The notes under the pieces are model-generated. The model was given only the letters and a program-made list of their open reading frames with translations, was not told the DNA's origin and made no database searches. The translations under genes were made by a program, and so were the position numbers. A stretch of 20,000 nt of DNA, taken from the IMG/VR virus record IMGVR_UViG_3300029305_002833, one strand, 5' to 3'. This DNA comes from an uncultured virus (IMG/VR IMGVR_UViG_3300029305_002833) (taxonomy: Duplodnaviria > Heunggongvirae > Uroviricota > Caudoviricetes). Positions within the stretch are counted from its first letter, which is position 1; every line of letters starts with the position of its first letter. Positions 7,733 through 15,362 of the stretch are shown piece after piece.

Positions 7733-7775
7733 GTGGTCGATTACATTCTGAACAGGGACGAAAACGGGATGGTGC
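7733..7775 (+). pseudogene. Truncated 5' stub of the gene at 9586 (MVDYILNRDENGMV), interrupted by cassette 2
   Basis: GGAGG at 7721-7725 lies 7 nt before GTG 7733. Fourteen codons align without gaps to MTEYTLNRNEQGMV at 9586. The frame then runs into the cassette and stops at TAG 7817-7819. Confidence 0.75.
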
Positions 7776-7780
7776 GAAAA

Positions 7781-7817
7781 GAAAAGCCGGTAGTCACTTC
7801 CGGCTACCGGCCTTCTT
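7781..7817 (-). terminator. Intrinsic terminator of RHH copy 2
   Basis: Stem GCCGGTAG (7786-7793) / CTACCGGC (7804-7811), followed by TTTTCTTTT on the minus strand. The stem matches copy 1 but the loop differs. Confidence 0.75.
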
Positions 7818-7958
7818 AGCATCGACGTGATCTTGCAGAACCTTGATGATGTAGTTGTTGAAGCTGCGGCCATCGGCCTTTGCCAGTTCTTCCAGCTCCG
7901 CTTTCAGCGTTTTCAAGATCACCAGGTTTGCCCTTACCTTGTCCGGCGAGATGCTCAT
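7794..7958 (-). CDS. Arc/ribbon-helix-helix DNA-binding protein (54 aa), copy 2
   Basis: Same 53 aa as 870-1031 plus a terminal K; same RBS. Confidence 0.88.
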   Translation of the reverse strand: MSISPDKVRANLVILKTLKAELEELAKADGRSFNNYIIKVLQDHVDAKKAGSRK

Positions 7959-7979
7959 GGTATCGCCCCCTTCGGGCTG

Positions 7980-8074
7980 ATGATAGCACAGTTTCAAAGT
8001 GTTGTCAAGTTACGTAACTTTTAACCTATGGATAATTACAGAAAGTGCGTAAAAGTGATATAATAGTTACGTAA
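7980..8074. promoter_or_regulatory. Divergent promoters and operators, copy 2
   Basis: Minus-strand TTGACA (8008-8003)-17 nt-TATCAT (7985-7980); palindrome AAGTTACGTAACTT at 8007-8020; TGaTATAAT (TATAAT at 8059-8064); TTACGTAA at 8067-8074. Confidence 0.8.
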
Positions 8075-8092
8075 GTAAAAGGAGGCGAGATT

Positions 8093-8935
8093 ATGGGAAA
8101 GGTCAAGGATTTGACGGGCCGCAGGTTTGGAAAACTGTTAGTTCTTGGAGTTGGCGAGAAAACACACGACGGAAGAAATCAATGGAAATGCAAGTGTGAC
8201 TGTGGAATGGAAACGCTTGTAATAACAGGAAACCTTTCAAGCGGACATACGAAAAGTTGTGGCTGTTGGAAAGAATCTATTCGCAATGATTTGACAGGGC
8301 GTAGATTTGACATGCTGGAAGTTATTTCATACGCGGGAAGGGACAACAGAAACAAGCCGCTTTGGACGTGCAAATGTGATTGTGGAAACACAACGGTTGT
8401 AAACAGTTCGGCGTTGGTGACAGGGAACACAAAAAGCTGTGGTTGTCTTAGATTGCTTGGCAATAATACAATACACAGAATGTCATATACGAGGTTGTAT
8501 TCTATCTACAACAGTATGATCAGGAGATGTTATGAAGAGGGGACTACCGGCTATGAGAACTATGGTGGAAGAGGCATTAGCGTATGTGACGAATGGCGAG
8601 AAAAATCTATAGGCATGATAAGGTTTTTCGATTGGGCGTTTGCAAACGGATATACAGATGAACTGACACTTGACAGGATTGATGTTAATGGAAATTATAG
8701 CCCGAACAACTGTCGCTGGGCGAATCGTTCAATGCAATCATTCAACAGAAGAAACAGCCAGAGCAGAACCGGAGCTCGTGGTGTAGACTACCAAGATAGA
8801 TACGGTGGAAGATATATTGCGAGAATTGGATATCAGAACCAGAATATATATTTGGGTTCATTCAAAAGAATAGAAGATGCGATTGAAGCACGCAAAAAGG
8901 CAGAGATGAAATATTTCGGAATGACATTGAATTAG
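8093..8935 (+). CDS. HNH-type homing endonuclease with two N-terminal Cys/Zn repeats and a C-terminal AP2 domain
   Basis: Two DLTGRRF...W.CKCDCG...G.TKSCGC repeats; [12 protein letters not shown]...[21 protein letters not shown]2-like GARGV...YIARI...IYLGSF...[18 protein letters not shown]. Confidence 0.87.
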   Translation: MGKVKDLTGRRFGKLLVLGVGEKTHDGRNQWKCKCDCGMETLVITGNLSSGHTKSCGCWKESIRNDLTGRRFDMLEVISYAGRDNRNKPLWTCKCDCGNTTVVNSSALVTGNTKSCGCLRLLGNNTIHRMSYTRLYSIYNSMIRRCYEEGTTGYENYGGRGISVCDEWREKSIGMIRFFDWAFANGYTDELTLDRIDVNGNYSPNNCRWANRSMQSFNRRNSQSRTGARGVDYQDRYGGRYIARIGYQNQNIYLGSFKRIEDAIEARKKAEMKYFGMTLN

Positions 8936-8946
8936 GAGGATTTACG

Positions 8947-9582
8947 ATGAAAGAGATCAAGCCGATTGAGACAGAGTACAACGGGTATCGGTTCAGAAGC
9001 CGGTTGGAAGCGCGGTGGGCGGTGTTTTTTGATGCGGCTGGGATTGAATACCAGTATGAGCCGGAAGGGTTTGATTTGGGTGGTGGATATTATTATCTTC
9101 CTGATTTCTTTCTTCCTCAAATTGAACTCAGAGACAATAGAATTGGGTTATATATTGAAGTAAAAGGCGTTCTTTCAGAAGATGACAAACAGAAAATAAG
9201 GCTGTTTTCTGGTGAAGAAGTATACAAAGACGGGAAAATACAAAGTGCAGATGATTATTGGTATTACAAATGCGAAGCGCCGGATGAAAGCTATCCGATT
9301 ATGTGCGTCGGACAAATCCCACAGGGTTTTGATGGCGGTTGGACGTGGCATGAAGCTAACGAAGATGAGTATTATTATTGGACATTTGCACATATTGATG
9401 GCGATGAATACTGGTGTGATTTTTACAAGAAGAAGAACGGAAATGTATGCGTGTGTGGTCCGGACAATGATTACATGATGGACAATGGTTTAGAAGGTTT
9501 CTATGCCTTTAATGATGCTTTTAGAATAGCCCGACAAGCCCGATTTGAACACGGAGAAAAGCCGAGAGTAAGGAGGAATTAG
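8947..9582 (+). CDS. PD-(D/E)XK-fold nuclease-like phage protein
   Basis: YNGYRFRSRLEARWAVFFD...YEPEGF...YLPDF...IEVKG, C-terminal ARFEHGE. RBS AGGAGG; AT-rich. Confidence 0.75.
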   Translation: MKEIKPIETEYNGYRFRSRLEARWAVFFDAAGIEYQYEPEGFDLGGGYYYLPDFFLPQIELRDNRIGLYIEVKGVLSEDDKQKIRLFSGEEVYKDGKIQSADDYWYYKCEAPDESYPIMCVGQIPQGFDGGWTWHEANEDEYYYWTFAHIDGDEYWCDFYKKKNGNVCVCGPDNDYMMDNGLEGFYAFNDAFRIARQARFEHGEKPRVRRN

Positions 9583-9585
9583 TCA

Positions 9586-10098
9586 ATGACAGAATACACG
9601 TTGAACAGGAATGAACAGGGTATGGTGCATTATCTGTACAAGAACGATGGCAAACATCCATATGTCGGATATTGCAAGTGGGAGAGCGCCAGGTGGATGC
9701 TGGAGAACGACAGGTCGCGGGAATTGCGGATGTCGGAGGAGTACGAGGGGTTTCCGCTGACGGCGGATGGGGTTTATTTCTTTGACGGGGCGGTGCGGAC
9801 TGGTGATGCTGCGGTGTCAGATGGGGGAGCCAGCGTTCCCGCTGCGGTGTCAGATGGGGACGGTTCTCCCGGTCACACCGATGCTTGCGGTGGGCGATGC
9901 GGCGGCGGAATGATCGAGGGCGAGGGCGGTGACGGTGTGACAGATGAGAACCGTCCCCACATGACACCTTCGCTGCCGTCGGCGGCGGACGGCAGCGAAA
10001 GCGCTGCGCCGGGGTGCGGGAAGGACTGGTGCGAGATTCCGGAAGCGGCGGAGAGGCCGAGGCGGAAGAAGAGGACGAAGGATGTGGCGTGCGAGTGA
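9586..10098 (+). CDS. Hypothetical protein; globular N-terminal ~70 aa plus a repeat-derived low-complexity tail
   Basis: AGGAGG at 9571-9576. The 5' part is AT-rich and the 3' part consists of palindromic repeats. Confidence 0.7.
   Translation: MTEYTLNRNEQGMVHYLYKNDGKHPYVGYCKWESARWMLENDRSRELRMSEEYEGFPLTADGVYFFDGAVRTGDAAVSDGGASVPAAVSDGDGSPGHTDACGGRCGGGMIEGEGGDGVTDENRPHMTPSLPSAADGSESAAPGCGKDWCEIPEAAERPRRKKRTKDVACE
9808..9999. repeat. Cluster of direct and inverted repeats inside a CDS
   Basis: GCTGCGGTGTCAGATGGGG twice (9808, 9841); inverted pair GGGGACGGTTCTC (9856-9868) / GAGAACCGTCCCC (9946-9958); perfect 12-bp hairpin TTCGCTGCCGTC / GACGGCAGCGAA (9969-9999). Confidence 0.8.
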
Positions 10099-10370
10099 TG
10101 ACCGTTAGGGATGTTGTCAACCAAATCCATGCGCTGGAGCGCAACCTGGAGATGATTGACGCGGCGCAGCGTGCGGGGTTTGACCTGAATGTGACCGTGG
10201 AGCAGATTGACGCTACCAGGCGTGAAATCGAGCGGCTGTATGCCCTGGAGATCGGCGGCGTCAATGTGCAACTGGGAGCCATGCGTGCTTGTGATGAACT
10301 GCGGGGCATGGTGGAGGATATCGTGAAGAGCGCCTATGAGCGGGTGTTCGGAGGGCAAGAAGATGGGTGA
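10098..10370 (+). CDS. Hypothetical helical protein
   Basis: TGATG coupling; MTVRDVVNQIHALERN... Confidence 0.65.
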   Translation: MTVRDVVNQIHALERNLEMIDAAQRAGFDLNVTVEQIDATRREIERLYALEIGGVNVQLGAMRACDELRGMVEDIVKSAYERVFGGQEDG

Positions 10371-10418
10371 CGCAGAGAATCGGACGAAGGGCGCGGTTTG
10401 TGAGTAGGAGGTACGGGA

Positions 10419-10655
10419 ATGGATGTGAAGAGGTGCGACCGGTGCGGGTTGGTCTATGACTATGACTTTGGGAAAAACGCGATGGGCACGTCGTTTCTGC
10501 TGATTACCGATGAGACGATCGACAAGCTCAGGGACAGGAGCAAAATCTATTACATGCTGGATGGCACTCCGACGCGAGTTATGGACATCTGCCCTGTGTG
10601 CGCGAAGGATTTCAAGAAGTGGTTTGAGCGCATGGGAAAGCGGGTGACGAAGTGA
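10419..10655 (+). CDS. Zn-finger hypothetical protein (CDRCG...CPVC)
   Basis: AGGAGG RBS; two CxxC pairs; similar pattern to 16863-17063. Confidence 0.75.
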   Translation: MDVKRCDRCGLVYDYDFGKNAMGTSFLLITDETIDKLRDRSKIYYMLDGTPTRVMDICPVCAKDFKKWFERMGKRVTK

Positions 10656-11005
10656 TATATGATCCGGGTTTGGGTGAGGCAATGTCCCGCGCGGCGGAAA
10701 TTGACGCGGCGAAGCTGGAAGCGGAAGATGCCGTAAAGGCGTATATTGACCGGTGCTTTTCGATGATCGGGACGTTGCCGAAGTACATGACGCTGCGTGA
10801 ACAGGCAAGGAAACTGGTGATGGATGGAAGGAATTGCGATGAAGTGATTCGGCTGAAATCCATGGCGCACAATCTGCGGCATATGGCTGAAAACGAGAAG
10901 CCGGTCAATGAGAATGAGGTGTTGCGCAACGCGGCGAACGTCATGGAAAATGCGGTGCGGCGCATTCACGAACTGGAATACATGATATTGGAGATGACGG
11001 AATGA
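10652..11005 (+). CDS. Hypothetical protein
   Basis: GTGA and ATGA coupling on both sides; consistent codon bias. Confidence 0.7.
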   Translation: MIYDPGLGEAMSRAAEIDAAKLEAEDAVKAYIDRCFSMIGTLPKYMTLREQARKLVMDGRNCDEVIRLKSMAHNLRHMAENEKPVNENEVLRNAANVMENAVRRIHELEYMILEMTE

Positions 11006-11412
11006 CGCGGAAAGAGATCATTGAGCACATGAAGGTGATGAGGCAGAACGCGGCCAAGATGGATGAAGTGATGATGTATGTGATGACCAAGAAGGATTGC
11101 GAGGTTGTCATGGCGGCGGCGGAGATTCTGACGGCGCGGCCTGCGATACATATTCACAAGGAATATCCGGAGCATGAGTGGAAGAGGAAGGAAAACGGCG
11201 AGATCGACGATTGTGCATTTGATACGGATTATCACAACGGCCCGGTGTGCGTCAGGTGCTGGGATTCGTTTTGCATCTGGTGTGAACCAAATGGGTTTGA
11301 GACACACAAGCGTTGCGTCGTTGACTGGTACGAGTGCCCGGAGTGCGGTGGGAAGGTGCCCCAAAGGCAAGAGCATTGTGCGCACTGCGGAAAGGGGATT
11401 GTCTGGGAATGA
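11002..11412 (+). CDS. Hypothetical Zn-ribbon protein
   Basis: CVRC, CIWC, CPECG and CAHCG motifs. Confidence 0.75.
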   Translation: MTRKEIIEHMKVMRQNAAKMDEVMMYVMTKKDCEVVMAAAEILTARPAIHIHKEYPEHEWKRKENGEIDDCAFDTDYHNGPVCVRCWDSFCIWCEPNGFETHKRCVVDWYECPECGGKVPQRQEHCAHCGKGIVWE

Positions 11413-11780
11413 GCGATTACATCATCGCCGTGGACTTCGACGGCACGCTGTGCGAGAACGCCTGGCCGGGGATTGGGGAGGCCCGTGCGGGGGTCATTGA
11501 TTATGTGCTGGGGCAGCAGATGACCGGGGCGAAGATCATTCTGTGGACGAACCGGCGGGGCGAGAAGCTGGAAGAGGCGGTCAGGTGGTGCGCGGCGCGG
11601 GGGTTGGCGTTTGACGCGGTGAATGAGAACCTGCCGGAGGTGATCGAGCGGTTCGGCGGGGACACGCGGAAGGTGTTCGCGCATGAATATCTGGACGACA
11701 GGGCCGTGCTGCCGGATACGGTGGAGAAGAAAAGGCGCAGGATCAGCGGAAGGGCTGTGAGGAACCGGGGGAGGCTTTAA
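11409..11780 (+). CDS. Capless HAD-superfamily hydrolase (BT0820-like)
   Basis: IIAVDFDGTL (DxDxT), IILWTNR, FDAVNENLPE and RKVFAHEYLDDRA; start ATG 11409. Confidence 0.85.
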   Translation: MSDYIIAVDFDGTLCENAWPGIGEARAGVIDYVLGQQMTGAKIILWTNRRGEKLEEAVRWCAARGLAFDAVNENLPEVIERFGGDTRKVFAHEYLDDRAVLPDTVEKKRRRISGRAVRNRGRL

Positions 11781-11806
11781 GACACGTATGAAGGGAGTAT
11801 TAAAGC

Positions 11807-12199
11807 ATGGAATGGCGGACGATGACGGCGAAGCAACTGGCGGAGCGGTTGGACGGGCGGGAATATCTGAATGAGATCACGCCCCAGGAGGAGCGGGAGG
11901 CCGAGACCAACGGGCTGGTGGCGGTGTATGGCTACAGCGACGACAACGTGGAACTGGCCGGGGCGATCAGTGACGAGATCGGCGCGTGGGAAGGCGTGGT
12001 GTTACACGTGGACAAGGACGGCGAGGTGTTTGCCGGGGAGAAGGACGCGCCGAATAAGATCGAGGCATACTGGTTCGGGCCGGATACCGAAGTGCCGTGG
12101 ACGTTCAGAACGGAGATTCCACATGAGACGTTCAACATCTATGAGGACGGGGAATTGTTCTGCGTGGGGATCGTGTTCATGATGGAGGATTTGAAGTGA
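11807..12199 (+). CDS. Conserved phage hypothetical protein
   Basis: LAERLDGREY...GLVAVYGYSDD...IPHETFNIYEDGELFCVGIVF. Confidence 0.75.
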   Translation: MEWRTMTAKQLAERLDGREYLNEITPQEEREAETNGLVAVYGYSDDNVELAGAISDEIGAWEGVVLHVDKDGEVFAGEKDAPNKIEAYWFGPDTEVPWTFRTEIPHETFNIYEDGELFCVGIVFMMEDLK

Positions 12200-12405
12200 T
12201 GGAGGGTTTGAAGCGTTGCCCGTTTTGCGGTGGAGAAGCGAGATTGCAAGCGAACATGTGGCCCAGGTTCGTGTATTGCACGTCGTGTTATGCGCGGACG
12301 ACAAATTGCACCGCGTTTGGAACGCAGGCAGGTGCAGAGCAAGCCATTGAGGCGTGGAACAGGAGGGTGAAGGATGGGCAAGAAACACAGGGAGCTGCTG
12401 GCTGA
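12196..12405 (+). CDS. Lar-family (restriction alleviation-like) Zn-ribbon protein
   Basis: LKRCPFCGG...CTSC...AIEAWNRR. Confidence 0.8.
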   Translation: MMEGLKRCPFCGGEARLQANMWPRFVYCTSCYARTTNCTAFGTQAGAEQAIEAWNRRVKDGQETQGAAG

Positions 12406-12739
12406 GTGGCAGGAGCGGCTGGGATTGCAGGACTGGCGGATCAGGCTGAAGCCGAAGTGCAGGCCGGAGGAGATGGCGCTGGAAAACTGCGTGGGATGTA
12501 CGGACTGGAGTGAGACGGTCAAGACGGCGCGTATCGAGATCATGGACCCAGCGTATTACGGAGAGCGGATTGTGCCCTTTGACTGGGAAAAGACGCTGGT
12601 GCATGAGCTGCTGCACCTGAAGACGTGCCTGGTGTCAAGCAACGTGCCGGAATTGCAGGAGCGGGTGATGCACCAGATGATCGACGATCTGGCGCGGGCG
12701 TTTGTGAGCGCGAAGCGGTGCGGAGGTGGCGGGAAGTGA
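12374..12739 (+). CDS. HExxH zincin-like metallopeptidase domain protein
   Basis: WQERLGLQDW...EKTLVHELLHL. Confidence 0.7.
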   Translation: MGKKHRELLAEWQERLGLQDWRIRLKPKCRPEEMALENCVGCTDWSETVKTARIEIMDPAYYGERIVPFDWEKTLVHELLHLKTCLVSSNVPELQERVMHQMIDDLARAFVSAKRCGGGGK

Positions 12740-12975
12740 AATTCTGCTTTGGGGACATCGTGGTGGTGCGGGGAAACCTGATCGGCGTGGTGGTGAAGGC
12801 GTGGATGCGCTATGCGCACGACGGGAAAACCACGCACGAATATGAGGTCTATGTGCGCATGAGCAGGCAGATCGAGCAGTTCCGGGAGGACGAGATGGAG
12901 CGGTACATGGTGCGACATAAGGAGCTGGATGAGCAGGAGATGGAATGGCAGCAAAACGCGGTGAGGGGGATATGA
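12736..12975 (+). CDS. Conserved phage hypothetical protein
   Basis: GTGA coupling after GGAGG; MKFCFGDIVVV...IGVVVK.W...YEVYVR. Confidence 0.7.
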   Translation: MKFCFGDIVVVRGNLIGVVVKAWMRYAHDGKTTHEYEVYVRMSRQIEQFREDEMERYMVRHKELDEQEMEWQQNAVRGI

Positions 12976-13319
12976 TGGGCGAAATGAAGTTGAAGCGGTG
13001 TCCGTTTTGCGGGAGTGAAGCCGAGTATTTGCAGACTAATTGCGATGCGACGGATCACCGTTCGGTGGTGATGTTCTTCAGAATTTGCTGCCACAAGTGC
13101 AATGCGTCGCCGGATGACGCCTGGGGAATGCTAGAGGTCAGGCTTGTGACGGGCGGAGAGTTGGTCATTATAAGCGATGACAGGCCAAGCGCAGAGAAGG
13201 CATGGAACAGGAGGGGTTTTGATGACGGGGAAACAGCCGATGAGCCGGGAGATCAGGACGGCGCAGGCCGTGCGGGAGGATGCGGGGCGGTATCTGCGGG
13301 CGCGGTTGATTTTGAATGA
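12972..13319 (+). CDS. Lar-family Zn-ribbon protein, second paralog
   Basis: LKRCPFCGS...CHKC...AEKAWNRR; the tail overlaps the next gene. Confidence 0.75.
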   Translation: MMGEMKLKRCPFCGSEAEYLQTNCDATDHRSVVMFFRICCHKCNASPDDAWGMLEVRLVTGGELVIISDDRPSAEKAWNRRGFDDGETADEPGDQDGAGRAGGCGAVSAGAVDFE

Positions 13320-13467
13320 TTTGCGGGAGAAGCACCTGGCCGGGAAGATCACCTATGACGAGTGCAAGGCGCTGATGGCCCGGGCCATTGAGGGGGACGT
13401 GGACGGGGCCGTGATGGGGCTGGCGATGTTGCTGAGGAGGCGGGAATTGGAGGGGATGGGGCTGTGA
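13222..13467 (+). CDS. Hypothetical protein
   Basis: GGAGG before ATG 13222; GDVDGAVMGL motif. Confidence 0.65.
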   Translation: MTGKQPMSREIRTAQAVREDAGRYLRARLILNDLREKHLAGKITYDECKALMARAIEGDVDGAVMGLAMLLRRRELEGMGL

Positions 13468-13904
13468 AAAAGGTGTATTTGATCATGGCCGGCGAGTATT
13501 CCGACAGGCGTTGCGCGGGGTGGTGCTCCACGGAGGAGGAGGCGCGGCGAGTCTGCGCGGCGAGGAACAGCGCCGGCGGGCATGGCGGCGATTGGTATGA
13601 GGTTGAGGAATGCGAGTGCCTGGACGGGTCGGTTGCGGGGGATGTGCGCGCGGGGTGGACACATCGGTTTGAATTTGTCAGGGGCGCGGATGGATGGCGC
13701 AAGCGGTGGGGTGGATATGCGTATCTGAACAGCAGGCACGCGCCGGTGGTTAAGGAGCGGCCCGTATTCGATGGGTGGAGAAGAGACGCGTGGTGCGTTG
13801 ATGTGCGCGTGTGGCGGAAGGACGAGGATGCGGAGGCGGCGCAGAAGGCGGCGCTGGACGCGCTGTATGCATACCTGGCGAAGAAAGAGGGTGTGATGGC
13901 GTGA
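13464..13904 (+). CDS. Hypothetical phage protein
   Basis: MKKVYLIMAGEYSD...STEEEA motif; coupled on both sides. Confidence 0.75.
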   Translation: MKKVYLIMAGEYSDRRCAGWCSTEEEARRVCAARNSAGGHGGDWYEVEECECLDGSVAGDVRAGWTHRFEFVRGADGWRKRWGGYAYLNSRHAPVVKERPVFDGWRRDAWCVDVRVWRKDEDAEAAQKAALDALYAYLAKKEGVMA

Positions 13905-13996
13905 TGATGAGCGTTTGGCATCTGGCGTGGATCGTGCCGGTGAGCGCGGGGGTGGGGTTTTTCGTGGCGGGGCTGTTTCGGGCAAACAACAGATAG
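13904..13996 (+). CDS. Small membrane peptide (MMSVWHLAWIVPVSAGVGFFVAGLFRANNR)
   Basis: TGATG coupling; single hydrophobic segment. Confidence 0.55.
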   Translation: MMSVWHLAWIVPVSAGVGFFVAGLFRANNR

Positions 13997-14005
13997 GAGG
14001 CTTGT

Positions 14006-14311
14006 ATGGCGTACATGAGGTGTGAGCAGGAGACCAGCATCGTCTGGGACGAGGAGGAGAAGGTGGCGCGGATTTATACGGCGTCGCCGGTGAGTATGCG
14101 GAAGCTGGATAAGCTGTGCGAGGATTATCCGGCGGAATATCAGAAGGTGTGGGAGGAGAAGGACCCGGATGGACGGGTCACGGCGGCCAGGTATCAGACC
14201 GGATGCAAGCGGGTGAAGTTTGTGAAGCCTGCCAGCGAGGCCAGGATTGAACAGGGGCGTAGGATCGCGGCGATGGCGGCGGAGAAAAGGAAGGGAGAAA
14301 TGAACGAATGA
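14006..14311 (+). CDS. Conserved hypothetical protein
   Basis: AGGAGG RBS; EQETSIVWDEEE..A.IYT.....RKLDKL. Confidence 0.75.
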   Translation: MAYMRCEQETSIVWDEEEKVARIYTASPVSMRKLDKLCEDYPAEYQKVWEEKDPDGRVTAARYQTGCKRVKFVKPASEARIEQGRRIAAMAAEKRKGEMNE

Positions 14312-14637
14312 CGCGGCAGAGGATGGTCGAGTTGCTTGAAATCGAGATGGAATGCGTTCGCCGGAATGGGTGCGGAGAATGCAATCGCGCCTGTCACATC
14401 TGCGATTTGCTTCAGGATGACACAGAACTGCATGAGATGTACGAAGAGGTGATCGCGCTGATGAAAGCGCAGGAACTGGTTGAAGCAAATTGCGAACATC
14501 GATGTAACAAATGCAAGTTTTACGAAGGTGTACATAATGTCATGGGCCATGCGCCATGTTCGTTATGGAAAATAAGTGGAGTTATGTGGAACGATTACTG
14601 CTCACGTTTCAATTTGTGGAAGGATGGTGAAGTATAA
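14308..14637 (+). CDS. Cys-rich hypothetical protein
   Basis: ECVRR...CNRAC..CDL and CNKCKFY...DYCSRF; ATGA coupling. Confidence 0.7.
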   Translation: MTRQRMVELLEIEMECVRRNGCGECNRACHICDLLQDDTELHEMYEEVIALMKAQELVEANCEHRCNKCKFYEGVHNVMGHAPCSLWKISGVMWNDYCSRFNLWKDGEV

Positions 14638-14803
14638 TGGATATGAGGGATACGACGTCTTGTGATTGCGGAGAAATGGACAAGTGTATTGTCGTTTGCT
14701 CGGCGGGCGGATTTGGGCTAAGAGGGATAAGGGGAAGGCACAAAGCGGGAAGAATTGGCAAGTGGTGTTAAGGGAAAACGGCAAAGATGGGTATGCAGGA
14801 GGG

Positions 14804-15064
14804 ATGAGCGTGGAGAATGTGGTGTATGCCAGCGAGCGGGTGGATATGGTGCATGGGCGGTGGATTTACATAGACCGTCAACGGAAGAGCTATCGGCAGT
14901 ATACGGGGTTTGACGCTGCGGGTGAGACGCACACGATCATGGTCTTGGAGGAAAGCAAGGGCAAAGAACCCTATTGTTCTGAATGTGGGGCGCAGGCGGC
15001 CGAGAGCTTCATGGATTTCTGCCCGCATTGCGGGGCGAAGATGGACGGGGAAGGGAGGACATGA
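14804..15064 (+). CDS. Zn-ribbon hypothetical protein (HGRW...CSECG...CPHCGAKMD family)
   Basis: AGGAGG just before ATG 14804; characteristic motifs. Confidence 0.75.
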   Translation: MSVENVVYASERVDMVHGRWIYIDRQRKSYRQYTGFDAAGETHTIMVLEESKGKEPYCSECGAQAAESFMDFCPHCGAKMDGEGRT

Positions 15065-15122
15065 TGGACTGGCCGGGATGGGATAAGATTGCTCAGAAGG
15101 CGGTGAAGAAGCGCTGGACGCG

Positions 15123-15362
15123 GTGACGGTGAATGTCGGCGGGCGCGATGTGCCGTTTCAGGAGTTGGCGGTGCTTCTGCGAGAGGGGAAGATCGTGGAG
15201 GTCGTGCGGTGCAAGGATTGTCGACACAGGGGCAGTAACGCGATATGCGTTAAGTTGTGGGTCGGGACAAAGGATAGTTTCTTTTGCGCATTCGGCGAAC
15301 GGATGGAAAGACAATGTCAAAGCGCATCGGCGGCAGATGGCGAGGGGAGTGGGTTTGGATGA
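15123..15362 (+). CDS. Cys-rich hypothetical protein (VEVVRCKDC...FC.FGER family); 5' end possibly frameshifted
   Basis: Characteristic motif; no good RBS at 15123. Confidence 0.6.
   Translation: MTVNVGGRDVPFQELAVLLREGKIVEVVRCKDCRHRGSNAICVKLWVGTKDSFFCAFGERMERQCQSASAADGEGSGFG

Larger units (their letters stand above)
7776..9628. mobile_element. RHH / HNH-AP2 cassette, copy 2, with PD-(D/E)XK cargo and a replacement 5' end of the target gene
   Basis: Homology to copy 1 from about 7781 to 8107; AT-rich through about 9680; bracketed by two diverged copies of the same gene start. The right boundary is approximate. Confidence 0.72.

Noticed and set aside
9556..9564. GAAAAGCCG matching the cassette's left end (7781-7789)
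   Set aside because: A nine-base match inside coding sequence (HGEKP) with no equivalent at the right end of copy 1; likely chance.
14637..14803. Possible small ORF or N-terminal extension (14666 start) before the Zn-ribbon gene
   Set aside because: No convincing RBS or motif; the AGGAGG before ATG 14804 explains the gene better.
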